Assembly (NCBI RefSeq): GCF_032062105.1
Contig: NW_026929500.1
Coordinates: 1-64,000 of the forward strand
Reading direction: 5' to 3'
Source: Saccostrea cucullata
Lineage: Eukaryota
Length of the DNA stretch: 64,000 nt
Made by a program: the position numbers and the translations under genes. Positions 35,301-54,007 of the stretch are shown one piece after another. Position 1 is the stretch's first letter; each line of letters starts with the position of its first letter. The notes under the pieces were generated by a model. It worked only from the letters and a program-made list of their open reading frames with translations, was not told the DNA's origin and searched no databases.

Positions 35301-36181
35301 ATCGTTTTTCGAAGTAAAAAGGTCAAGTAGAAATGCAAAATGGATAAGATTATGGATATTTACGAAGAATAAGAGCATGCTGCATTGAAAATTTTTATTT
35401 ATGAAGATCAGAGAACAATAAATTAATCAGGACAAGCCCTTCACCACAATCGGTCACACGGACCGGCACTATGGCGAATTTCATTGGACATTTGGATTTT
35501 CTATCGGTTTTGCCGGTAGGACCGATAGTTTTCAGAAACTCTGCCTCCCTCTTACACCATTGAGAGGGGACAATGAAAATAATGATAGCTTATCCAAGCT
35601 TTTTAACTAAACCAAAAGATTACGCCAGACCTTAATCAAAGTGCTTCTTTATCTACAGTTAAAATCTAATGTTACACTATGACTTACTCACTTAGCAGTG
35701 ACATCTCATAAAGTTCTTCTCAACATGCCTACAGCAGTTCAAAAGACGATCAGAATTAATCATGTTTTTTGAAACTGCAACGGATATGCTGAGAAGAACT
35801 AACTTCATGTGATGTCACTGCTGCAATGATATAGGAAGGTGGTTTGTTGTTGCTGAATATTATCTCTTGCATGACTCACTGGTTGAATGAGGAACAAATA
35901 TGAAAATGCGAATATTTATTACTCCTTGTTTCTTCATACAGACCTTTGGGGAATACGACAATGTAAACAAAATTTCCCCAAACTCCATCTGGTGGATGCA
36001 GTCTTCCCTCTGATAGTCTAATTCCACGAAAATTTCCAGTGCTTGGATTTCTGTATTTCATCCCACATGCCCCCGGAAACTGTGCTGCAAGTGTGCTAAG
36101 CAATAACGAGCCGTCATCCTCACTAGGGATTTCTATCGGTTCGTCGCCTTCTTCGTCACTAACCTGAATATACTGTGCCAT
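32330..36181 (-). CDS. TARDBP: TAR DNA-binding protein 43 (TDP-43), 404 aa
   Basis: Exons 36181-35944 (N-terminal domain ..[14 protein letters not shown]..), 33822-33647 ([16 protein letters not shown]), 33447-33307 (RNP1 KGFGFIRF; GC donor) and 32989-32330 (RRM2 RAFAFVTF, Gly-rich tail with LAAAQAML helix). The 238-nt and 141-nt exons match vertebrate TARDBP as I recall it. Confidence 0.96.
33858..34441. mobile_element. hAT-like MITE with 5-bp TSD, TARDBP intron 1
   Basis: TTAAA|CAGGGTTCGACATTAA...TTAGTGTCGAACCCTG|TTAAA, with subterminal GGACTA/TAGTCC repeats. Confidence 0.8.
34706..35543. mobile_element. hAT-like MITE, TARDBP intron 1
   Basis: CAGAGTTTCCGAAAAC...GTTTTCAGAAACTCTG, with imperfect flanks CTTCCC/CCTCCC. 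Confidence 0.65.
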
Positions 36182-37632
36182 CGGAATACTCTTTCAAATT
36201 TAACTATAATGCGCATCAAATTTTGATTTTGGAAAGAAGAAAAAAGTATCCAGCCAGCGCCATATGTGATTCAGAATTAAGTGAACATCGATCCCGAATA
36301 TATTTATTTGCAAGAGGCCATTACCTGCACAGCTCACCACAACAGATCAGTTCTTCGGACCACCTTCATGCTTATGTGATTTTATCAAACTTTACGTTAA
36401 AAAAAGATTTATTTGTACCCCGATGCATTCCATTTTTTCTTCTCTTAAATTAGCTACAACTGTAGCCTAACTTCTTTTATATTTTTATAAATATACTCCG
36501 AGGAGTTCGCCAGAAGGGATTTTTCTTACCTTAATAAATTTCTAAGTTTCTGAAACGTCCATATCATAAATTTTCGTTTTGAGGAAAAAATCTTGGTTTA
36601 TGGGGATTTGATTTCGTGGGTGAAAAAACTTTTTAATAGTTATGTATGTAAAAATTTACATTTCATGGTGGACATAAATTCGTGGGTCTCTTCATACCAC
36701 GAAAACAACAAAAATTAAAATCCCACGAAAAACTGTGATTTCACATGCAGTATCATAAGTGGTCTCCAGCCTTTTGTGCGAACATGGGATATTCTGTGTT
36801 AATGGTTTATGTTTTATAGATTAGATATGGTGTTATGCGTAACATATTAAAACCTCTTGCTATTGTAGACTGCAGTATATACATGTATACCTGCTTCCAG
36901 TCGCCCGTTTTCTTTTTTTTCACTATGCAATATTCAGATGCAACATTTTTAGAAAGCTTAAATTTTCGATAGATAAAACCAGATTCAAAATATCGAGAGA
37001 CACCCCCCCCCCCTCGCGCTTTTGATAGCCTATTTGTGTCTGTAGGAATTGCATTAGAAACAAACAAATGCAGACTGAGATCAAGATTTGTTTGGACATT
37101 TTGCAAACTCAGGTCTTTTTGTCTGTGAGATTTGTGGAAAATGGCAATAAAGTTATTTTACTCGAATGCATCATATCCATCTTAAAAAAAATGTATGACA
37201 AAACTATCACACATTTCTTAGTGCATTGTTACTACTATGCGTTTCTTTTTTTATGAGAATATCAAATATAGTAGAAAAAAATATGACTCACTTGTGATCA
37301 GGTACTGTAGGTCATTTGTATTTGAATACAAACAAATATTTTTTAGTGACTTCAAGTTTTTTTTCTATTTGTGATTTTTTTTTTAAATCTTCATTTTTTT
37401 AAACTGTTAATGATATTGATTATTGATTATGAAACGAGGTCCATACTTCTATAAAATGGAATCCATGAACAGGTGAGCTAAAAATTTACGAGAAAATCTA
37501 TGTACGAATTACCATTTTTCATTCTTAGCCAATCAAATTTACTGTTTTAAATCAGTTCGGCATACCGGAACTTCTTGTGGAAATTCGGCCTCGGCATTAT
37601 TGCAAAAATAATTAGTAAGAAAAACAGTCAAA

Positions 37633-40451
<2,819 letters not shown>

Positions 40452-40999
40452 TAATACGATAAAAAATCAATGAAAAAAAAAAAACAACATTAATCCAATC
40501 CTTGATAAATCAGTGAAAGTTATTATCTTATTTATCTTCAAAAAAGGAAAGTAAACTTTTGGGATGGATTTAGGCCTGACAAAATTTATTTTCAAAAATC
40601 AAAGCATTAAAGGAAGATTGCTTGTTATTGAGAATACTAGTATTGAGATGTGTTTTGCTTCAACATATTTGCTAATACATGTACCTGTAGTATAAGACTT
40701 TTGCAACAACTGCACTTGGATATTGATGAAAAGTGTGTGAAAGAGATGAGTGCGTGTAGCTAAATGTTTTGTGTTATGTTTAATAAACTTTTCTCTTATT
40801 GTTGGCTCTTTAATGTTGGAAAAATTTAAAATACACATTAAACAAAGGTAAACCCCTTTATTGTGGTGCCAAAGAAAGTTAAGAATTCCTGGTGGTGTGC
40901 AGAAGTGTGTACCAGGCTTTTGATTCTTCTTTTACTTATTCCCATTTGCAAAGTTTAGACTTTTCAAGTAAGAATCCAGCCAATATTTTGAATTTTTAA

Positions 41000-41547
41000 G
41001 TTGTAATGAATGAGGGTATAATCAAGCACAACTCTGTCAAAAAAGCTTGATTGTACCCAAAACAATTCTTGACCTAGATATTCTGATATTCTTGTGATAA
41101 ATCTGTACACCTAATTTCATTTCAATATGTGCAGCCTCTGCAAAGAAAATGAATGGAAACTGCAAATCATTGGAATTTATCTAAGTCAAAGGGACATGAC
41201 TGTGTAAATGGCTTGATCATACCCAAAACAGAACTTGACCTAGATATTCTTATGATAAATCTGTATTCCAAATTTCATTTCAATATGTGCAACATCTACG
41301 TAGAAAATGAATGGACACTGCTAATTATTAGAATTTTTTTTTAGTCCAAGGGGCATAACTCTGTCCAAAATAGCCCGATCGTACCCAAACAGTATTTAAC
41401 CTAGATATTCTTATGATAAATCTGTATACCAAATTTCATTTCAATATGTGCAACCTTTATGAAGAAAATGAAGGGAAACTGACGGTGGGCTGACAGACAG
41501 CAGCGAAGCAATATACACTCCCTTCATGGAAAGGGAGGGGGCATAAC
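41000..41547 (-). mobile_element. HINE-like element with ~170-bp repeats
   Basis: Three monomers containing GACCTAGATATTCTTATGATAAATCTGTA, a GACA repeat and a terminal CCCT..AGGG hairpin. Confidence 0.65.
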
Positions 41548-42300
41548 AAGATGTTGGCGAAGATTTTTTTTTAAAGGCAAGACAAATCCAGGGTCAAAGG
41601 GTCAAAATTGTTGGTATCAAGATATGGTCAAGGTTACAGGTTTTAAAAGTACGGTAGGTCGAACTCCAAGGTCAGGGGTCATGATTCTTGCTATCAAATG
41701 AAAGTTCTTGCCATAAGGATTAAGTATATGAAGTATGAAAGCCCTATCCCTAACCCTTCAAAAGTTATGATCAAGGTTTGTTTTTTTTTTTCGAAAGTAG
41801 GTCAAACTCCAAGGTCAAGGTTCTTGAAATCCAATGAAAGGTCTTCTCACAAGGATTACATATGTAAAGTATGCAAGCCCTAGCTCTTACTGTTCAAAAG
41901 TTATGGCCAAGGTTAACGTTTTTTTGTAAGTACAGAAACCGTCAAGGTCAAAAGGTCAAATGTGTTAGTATCCAGTAAGAGATCTTGCAATTTAACAAGG
42001 AATATATATTATAAGTCCTAGTATTTACAATTCAAAAGTTATGGTCAAAGTAAAAGTTTAAATTTTTGGGGAAAAAATAGGTCATACTCCAATGTCAAGT
42101 TAAAAAGGTATTTGGTGGTACCAAAAGAAAGGTCTTGTCACAAGAAATGCATAGGTAAAATATGAAAGCCATATACATGTAGCTCCACTAAATCAAAAGT
42201 TATGGGCAACGTTAAAGTTTTTTGCGGACAAACAGACAGACAGACGCACAGACACGACAAAAACTATATACCCCCGAATCTTCTATTTTGGGGGCATAAA
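41548..42300 (-). mobile_element. HINE-like element with AAGGTCAA-rich repeats
   Basis: Degenerate tandem monomers, (GACA)n and a terminal CCCCCGAA..TTGGGGGCATAAA hairpin. Confidence 0.6.
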
Positions 42301-42726
42301 ACATTCGGAGAACTACATTTCTGCAGCTAGAGGCTGAGAGGCAAATCTTTTTTCTGATAGAAATGTCCCTTTAAAACTTACACTGTCGTTTGGCCTCTGT
42401 CATACCTGTCGGCGCAACTCCTCTGAAACAGCTGAACGGAAATTGAAGAAACTGAATTTATTTTTATTAAAGAAATTCTTTGTAGATTTGCAAACAATTT
42501 ATTTACTTATTTGAAAAAAGTAATTTTCTGTTTAGCTATACTCCTTTTTAATTTATCGATTTGATAAAAATGAAATAAACTACTGCAACATTTTTTGTAG
42601 GAGCATGGGTTTGTGTCTTCTCTTTAGAGAAGTGGACAGGCTTTCTCCTACATCCATGTCCAATTCTTTAAAGAGAATAGGGTTTGTGAGGTTGCTCACT
42701 TCTCCTTTATTCCTCTAATATACCGG

Positions 42727-42944
42727 TGTTACAACGCGAGATGTCATAACAACACAAAATGTAATAAACTGGGATTATTACATTTTACGCAAAATGTAAT
42801 AACGCAGAATGTACTTATGTAATAATCCTTAAAAATGTGTTGTTAAATTTTGCGTTAATATTACTTTCTGCGTTGATTTCGACGTAAAATGTAATAACGC
42901 AAAATGCAATAATCCCAGTTTTTCTTACATTTCGCGTTGTAACA
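42727..42944. mobile_element. TGT...ACA MITE with imperfect 6-bp TSD
   Basis: TACCGG|TGTTACAACGCGA...TCGCGTTGTAACA|TACTGG, with internal AAATGTAATAA repeats. Confidence 0.7.
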
Positions 42945-43292
42945 TACTGGTATAATTTTGTCGAAAAAGATCGGTAAACAATAATTTTTTGTAACTAAAA
43001 TTTTATTAGCCTAATTTTGCCATTTCACAGCTAGAGTTCGTTTTGAAGAACAATACTTTGTTATCTCAGTACACTTTTAACAAACTTTTCTTAATAAAAA
43101 TGAAGAAAAGGCACCTTTTACTACATGTACTAAGATACAAACAGGTTCAAATACCCAGAAATATCTCTCAATTTGTAGACCATCAAGGCACAAACAATGT
43201 ATTCGATGTGTCACATCAGTAGCATTGTTGAATATACGACTAATACAGAGTTGTTGTAAAATACTGTTTTCCTTGTTATATTAGTATAACAA

Positions 43293-46200
43293 CTAATATT
43301 GAATGAGAGAGTAACAAGGCTGGGACAGTATTCCTTGTCCGTTCAAATCTTTCAGTTCTATCACCACCAGGCATAGTGTCACTTTGGCGCCCACTTTTTC
43401 AATTAATTCACAGGCTGCTTTCATTGTACCTGAAAATATGTTAACATATATACATCAACATTTGCCAATATCCTCTCAGTACTAATCATGAATAAAATTT
43501 GGGTTAATAATATTAATATAATGATTAGATGCAGTGGTACCCAAAATATTGGTTTACTAATTATTATTAACTTGTTTTCTATTCAATAAAATAGAACTAG
43601 AAGAGGCTTCTATACTTATTGTTAAAGAGGGTCAATATTTGAATGGAAGAGTAATATATGAGAGAGAGAGTGTGTATTTAGAGGTTATTCCAAGGCGGGT
43701 ATTTAGTTGGAAACTTTTTGATCGACTTTCTTTATTTTTTTTTGAAAAAAATAACGTGCTGTTGAAAATGAAGTCAAGGATAACATTGCAAAAATGAATG
43801 CCAGTCACCAATTGTGTTTACGTACGTAAAGCTTAGTAAAAACTTTTTACTAGAACGTTAAAACATTAATATAATACATACCTCCTGTTGCCAAGAGATC
43901 GTCAACAATTACGACAGACTGTCCGGGCTTGAATGCTTCTTTCTGGACCTCAAAGACATCCTGCACAGGAGAAATATATTGGGTCAGTATTCAGTAGGTA
44001 GGTTGGAATTTTTTTCCCAGAAAATTTTAAGATCCATGCTGAATTTCAAAATCTATTTTCGGAAGCTTTGAATAAGCGATTTTATGATTACATGTGTAGC
44101 TTGGATATTTATGTATCAACAAAAACTTTTACTTTTTTGCCTCGGTAGTCTTGAATTCATGCAAGAGTTTAAAGATGAACATGATTCGTAATATGGAATG
44201 TGTCCGCCATTCGCTGAGGACCCTATATAAAGCGGCTAAGTCACTGTTCAGTACCGTAATCAGTCGTAACCGCTGTAGACAGACGCGCGTGCTATATAGC
44301 ACTCGGTAGAGACAAAAAAATAACTATTGTATGCAGGAAAGTAAGATACTAAAGAAACAAAAATACACGTATAAACTGCAATAAAATGTAAACAAAGGCA
44401 ATGCAAGATAACCAGCCGAACACGCGGGTCACCATTCCACGCCAATACCCGTGACAATAAAGCAGTCAGGTGTAACGAATGCGAAGAGTATACCCTGGTG
44501 CTGATATCTTAGAGAGTAATATCGAAAATGGCCTATTCCTATTTACGAGTCGTATTCAGCTTTAAATGATGAAAGTACAAATTGTGCGTAATATACATCA
44601 AGCTAAGGAAAATATCCTTAGCTGCTGGTGAAATGTGTTAATGACTTTGACTGCAGTAAAACTCACAGAGTAGGAAAGAGAGAGCTGAACCAGTAAATTT
44701 CATCTTTACTAACCCAAACAATGAATACTAGAAAAAAAAATTCTTGCCCCGTTTCCTTCAATTTTCATATAGCCAAATTTTTTTTATTTATTTCGTGGTG
44801 TCAAATTAAAAACAGTAATTGCTACGTCACTATGTCCTATACCAGCCATCGTAGAAAAGGCAATTAAAAGCTGTCTTTGATCATGCTGGCCGCTTCATTC
44901 AAATAATAACGACTGTATAATTACCGTTCCATATTCTTTTGTGTAAGTAACCCTTTCCGTCTCCCCGGGCAATTTACCCTTCTTCCGGACTGGTGCAAAG
45001 CTGCAGTTAAGTCTTTGAGCAATGATGGGTCCGAAAAGAAACCCCCTGGCTTCCAGCCCTACGATCACCTCCACCCCGGGGGCCTTCTCCTTCACAAACT
45101 CTACCATCACGTCCATAAGGTCATTAAACGCTTCTGGGTTCCGTAAAACTGGGAAAATATCTCTGAAAATATACCCCGGCATTATACATGTAAATACGTG
45201 CACTTTCCCATAACAAGTGTTAATTTATTTTTTAAACAAGAGACCCATGGGCCACAACGCTCATCTGAGTAACTCTGGCCATGCTGTCCTTCACAAGATT
45301 TCCCAATTGTAACACCTATTGTAGCCAAACCCTATGCCGGATGGGGGTGCCGGTGGGTGTTCATGATTTGAAGGAAATTGAACAAGTTAGAATCTTCACT
45401 ACCTCGGGTTGCTTCCAAATTTCAGATTTCCTGGCCCAGTAGTTTTTTTTTATTTTTAAAGACGGATGCACCGACAACGGGTCACGGTGACCATGCAGAA
45501 AAGCTCACTTGAGCTTTTAGCTTTAAGGGGGAAACATATACATGTATAGGAAATCATCTAAGACTACCACAAATATATAAACTAAAGTATAAAACTATAG
45601 GTGATTTATGTATTTTTTTTACAAAAGGAAAATGGGAGCTTTTTTACTCTTAAAGCACATTATGAAACAAAGGCAGGAAAAACGCAATTACAAAGAGGAT
45701 ATACAATCTTTAAAAAAAATCCTTGAAAATCAATTTTATTATTTTGAAACCCAATTTAAAAAACTTAATCACATATTACACAACCATAAATCAAGCTTAT
45801 TCTGTTTTCTATATTCTAGCTAGAAAATGGAGAGTTTCCTATCTTGAGAACTCCATCCCCAAACCGTTTCTTTGGGTCTGTAAAGTACGTATATAGGAGT
45901 ACCTATATTTGAGCAATTTTTAGGACTAAATAAGTCACGGTTTAAAAAAGTCATGTGTGAAAAATTACAAAAACCTGAAAAACCAATTAAGCAAAAAATA
46001 TGTTGCGACATTGCAACACCGCAAATGCTTAAATAAAATAGAAATTGCGTTTGACTTAACAAGAGGTCCATAGCCACATTGCGAACCTGGGTAAGCTGTT
46101 TTGCATCTACATTATCTCAGGATGCTTCTGCATAAATTTCGATTTTTCTGAACATTTCCTGTCTTTCAATGTATTGTTTATGGTATGAATTTCGTTCGTG

Positions 46201-46775
46201 TCACTATGCAAACGTACGTCCCATGGAGTTATCCTTCCAACGTCCAACGTCATCGCGCCAGAACGCATTTGTCACAAAAATGGAGGGGGAGGTGGTGGGT
46301 TGAATTACAAGGGAAGTGCGCATAGCGCATGTTGTATTGGCGGATGGGGAGATGGGGAAAAAAGGGTTTGGAGACTGCATGAAAAAAGGGAGGGCGAAGG
46401 TGGAAGATAAGGAAACGGAAAGAATATTAATTGAAAAGGGCCAATGACCCCCCCCCCCTCCCCGCAAAAACAGAATATTTTCCGAATTCATTTCGTTTCC
46501 TTCATAAGTATTGGTATTGCACGATTATTTCTGAAAAGTAATGCAATAGATATTAAGTTTTTTTTCACGCGGACGTAAATATTTACTTTTACTGTTTATT
46601 GCAGAAATGGTACACCTTACATTGAACTAAAAGCCATTCTTTTATTTACTCTACATTTATGCTTATAAATTAGTAATTTTCATAAAGCATCTTACCGAAA
46701 CAAGATTCCAGGTAATGGAAAGTCAGGATGCTTTGAAATGTGAGATTTTACTCTTTCGATTCTGGAGTCTGTCAT
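43293..46775 (-). CDS. APRT: Adenine phosphoribosyltransferase, 177 aa
   Basis: Exons 46775-46696 ([12 protein letters not shown]), 45162-44925 ([21 protein letters not shown]), 43960-43882 (PRPP-binding motif [12 protein letters not shown]) and 43429-43293. Minus-strand AATAAA at about 43002-43007. Confidence 0.96.
45235..45525 (-). mobile_element. Short HINE-like element, APRT intron 1
   Basis: AACAAGAGACCCATGGGCC at one end and AAAAGCTCACTTGAGCTTTT hairpin at the other. Confidence 0.55.
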
Positions 46776-47369
46776 GTTTAGGTCTTGAACGTCCTACATA
46801 TACGTGGCCTAGAAAAATCAAAATAAGCTAGGCCCTATTAAATGTGTAGGGCTCCTCGGGGGAACCGGGTAATCCATATCCTCTAGTGTAAGTTTCAACG
46901 AAATAAAAAATAATAATGTATCATCTGATTTTTTCCCCTTCCAATGATTATCAAACAAATATAATATTTATTTTGAAAAATATAATTATAATTAACTTTA
47001 GGAATTAAGAAGTAATTAGGTAAAAAAAAATATTATCTTGATTACGCGCCTCATTGAGGCTTCTAAAGTGTAAGTATAATGTCTTTATCAAATTAAAAAC
47101 CAATCCGAGTAAATTGTAAGTAGGTATCAGGCACCTAGCATCATTGGGGATGGGGGTGCCCACCCACCCCCCTTTTTTTCCAAACCAAGTTTTTTTTTTC
47201 TTTAGCAAATTATGTTCAGTGAAAATTCAGTTGCCCTGCCCCTCCTCCACTATAGGTTAGAGTATTGTCAAATAAGGTTGCTATAAGGATAATGCAGTGT
47301 TTGATCATGAGTTGTTTGAGTAAAAAAAAAAAGGGTACTATTCAGGAAGTTGAAACCTATACTGACAAC

Positions 47370-47400
<31 letters not shown>

Positions 47401-47545
47401 ACACACACAAACACAATCGGACGATTTTCGAGTTTCAATAATTTCCCCCCCCCCCTTTTTTTCTGGCTTGTCAAGAAACTCGAGTCGAGTCGAGACAGAT
47501 TTTATTTTTATTTTTTGACTGAGTTGCCCCCCCCCCCCCTTCGGC

Positions 47546-48116
47546 ATGTCGATTTACCCAAATGGAAACAAATGAACCCAAGTGGAACCCAAATGGAAAT
47601 CAAATGGACCCAAATGGAATATCAAATATGTTTTGTTACTTATTCAAAATTATGAAAAAAATGAACTTACAAATAGAGTTTATTAATTATTCATATATCT
47701 AATATTGAGATACGAATTATTTTTGGTAGTATTCTATATATCGGCAAAATTATTGGGAGGGGGGCATGTCTCTCGTGCCCCCCCCCCCCCCCACCGCTCG
47801 GTACCTACGTCCATTGAAACTATATACTTAAGTTTTGTATTCAATTATGTGCAAAAGTTATTACAAATAGAAAAAAAATCGTCTTTTCAAAATACAATTT
47901 AAGAAATTAGTAAAATTAAATATTCTCTTTTTTAAGTTCATTTTTAAAAATATTTTATAAGTTCATTTTTAAAAATATTTTAAAAAGTAACAACTCGAGA
48001 ATACGATAATAGATATATTTAATATTCCATTTGGGTCCATTTGATTTCCATTGGGGTCCAGTTTCCATGTGGGTTCCGTTTGCTTCCATTTGGGTTCAAT
48101 TTGGGTAAATCGACGT
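47546..48116. mobile_element. TIR element with 11-bp CAAATGGAACC subterminal repeats
   Basis: GTCGATTTACCCAAAT... mirrored by ...ATTTGGGTAAATCGAC, embedded in poly-C tracts. Confidence 0.7.
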
Positions 48117-48567
48117 ACCCCCCCCCCCTTCCGAAAAAAAAAATCCTGGATTCGTTTCTGTTCAAATATGCTGTTGAATTCGAATTAGTAATTGATGGTC
48201 GGGATATGGGATGCTATTTCTTCAAATGTCTAGTAAATTCTTTTTCCCCTGCCTTATGACTAACTTTTGGTTACCGGACATTTTTGATTCAACAACGATT
48301 TGTGTCGCTACCTCATCCATATTCTTAATCAAAAAAACGTTTTCTCCAATGAGTCTAAGGGAGTTGAAAGAAACATTTAATTATACAATGATGCTAAAAC
48401 AATTTTGGAAAAGAAAGACACTCCTGTAGACTAAAAAGAACTTGGAGGGATAAACTTGAAATAAGAATCAACTTAAGAAGAATAGATGGTAAGATAAAAG
48501 AGACTTGTAATAGTGCTCTCTCTTAGTTTTATCTCAAAGAAGATATTTACCCGTATCTTCTTCAGTT

Positions 48568-49182
48568 CACAGGCACCTGAATTTTTATCAATAAGTCGCT
48601 AATTAAGCCAAATATCGAAAAATTCTACCCCCTCTATATATTTCGTCCCAAAGCCAGATCGCCATCAGCTGACGTCACGGAAATTTAATCTCTACACCAA
48701 ATGCTCGAATATATAAACTTTTTAATACAGCAATTATATATTTAATTTATTGACAAACAAAAAAAGGAAATAATAAAATATCAAAGAATTAAATTCTTTG
48801 TTATCCTTGATTTTATTTAACATATGTTTGATTAATTTATATATTCGAGCATTTGGTGTAGAGATTAAATTTCCGTGACATCAGCTGATGGCGATCGGGC
48901 CTTGGGACGAAATTCGAAGTTTGCTTGAATTTTAGTTGTTAGCATTATAAACGCGTTGGATTTAAACTTTAGGAAGAAATGTATAGCGAGAAATATCATA
49001 TTTGAACCCAATGCTACACGCATACCGGTAGGCATATCCAATTTATGTGTTAAATTCAAGCCTGAATCGAGGAGGGGGTCAAAATGGCGTTGCACACCTT
49101 GTGTATTTATATATAGAGGGGGTAGAATTTTTCGATATTTGGCTTAATTAGCGACTTATTGATAAAAATTCAGGTGCCTGTG
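48568..49182. mobile_element. P-element-like non-autonomous element with 7-bp TSD
   Basis: ~70-bp perfect TIRs starting CACAGGCACCTG, TSD TTCAGTT, and a second inverted-repeat pair inside (48641-48717 / 48836-48912). Confidence 0.85.
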
Positions 49183-50571
49183 TTCAGTTCTTGAATTAAA
49201 ACTAATGAAAGACATTGGATCCTGCTAAAAGTTGAATATATTGATATTTACCTGTTCACTTATCACTGAATTAATTGATATTCAATCGAATTTGTGAAAG
49301 ATTAAACAATGTTCACATTTTTGTTACTTGTGTAACAATGTATGAATGAAAATCAAATTCAGTGGTTCAAAATTACAGATCAGATATATTCCTTGTGGAT
49401 CATTTGATATGTAAGGTATTTTTAAACTTACAGACTTCTACAATCTCCCAATTTATTCATAATTTTTATGATTTGTGACAACTTAATTAATGTTTAACAT
49501 TTGTTTAAAATGCCAAATCTCCAAATTCGGAATTTCCACCATTTTCGGTTTTAAAATAATTGTTCAGAAACATGCAGCAGTATAACACCATCTGTATTAC
49601 TTAAAAAGGAAGGAGCTGTCCAATTTACATGATACACAAACATTTGCTTAATATTTAAGGAATGAAGCTTATTTCAACTTTTGTTATACGATATAACATA
49701 ACCTGGGGCAGTTTACGCTTTATAAAACGCGACATATAAATATAACATAAGTTGAAGTAAGCTTCATTCCTTATTATTGAATTTCAATGTAGACAATGAG
49801 AAAATTTTTCCATTGTTTCCTTTGGAAAAAGGCTTCAAATATCGCATATTTTAAAAGTTAACGTCGACCGGAGTAATACGTTTTTGACATAACTCATTGT
49901 GACGTAGGCAAGTTATGTTGTACAAAATGGATAAAACCGCTTAACCAATCAAATGACGTGTTACAACTAAAATTGAATTATTTAACGTTATCATGGTTAA
50001 GACTGAATATGACAAACAGGGTAGTTATGGAAATAATTATGAATCGGTAACCTGTACAAGTAGTCAAGTACCATGACCCAGGGATCTTTTTTTCAAATTT
50101 GGCAGGAACAGCCTTTTTATAAAATGATCAGTAGACATATGGTAGGGACTGTTTAAAATCTGTAGACTCCATATAAAATTGGGAAAGCTGAAAGGTTTGA
50201 ATGAATCAACACATTTTCTTATAAACATATTTATCTGACATTTTGCATTTGAAACTACCTTTAAGTTTAGTGTTCATAGCATGCAATTGGAGTTACATGT
50301 CCCTCATAACTACATTACAAATACATACAATGAATTCTACCATTAACCTGGGTCAATAAGTCAATATCATTTTATCAATTAATCAGGGAATTTTTTTAGT
50401 GCAGTTTTATATGTTTTTAATATGCATTTAAGCCTTATTAATAATATTTGTTAAATAAAAGAAACTTTCATTTTACTCTCTCTTTAGATTTTCTGACCTT
50501 GGCACACTGACAGAGAATGAGGTGAAATGTTCATCTACTGTAACAGCATGGCATTCTAGATCAGTATCTGA

Positions 50572-54007
<3,436 letters not shown>

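Noticed and set aside
47369-47540. Poly-C runs and (CA)n as a special G-quadruplex or Z-DNA element
   Set aside because: Similar homopolymers are scattered throughout the window, with no locus-specific support.
49640-49990. Short palindromic Crypton-like remnants (also about 29140-29420 and 56790-57100)
   Set aside because: Inverted motifs are visible, but boundaries and family could not be supported by eye.
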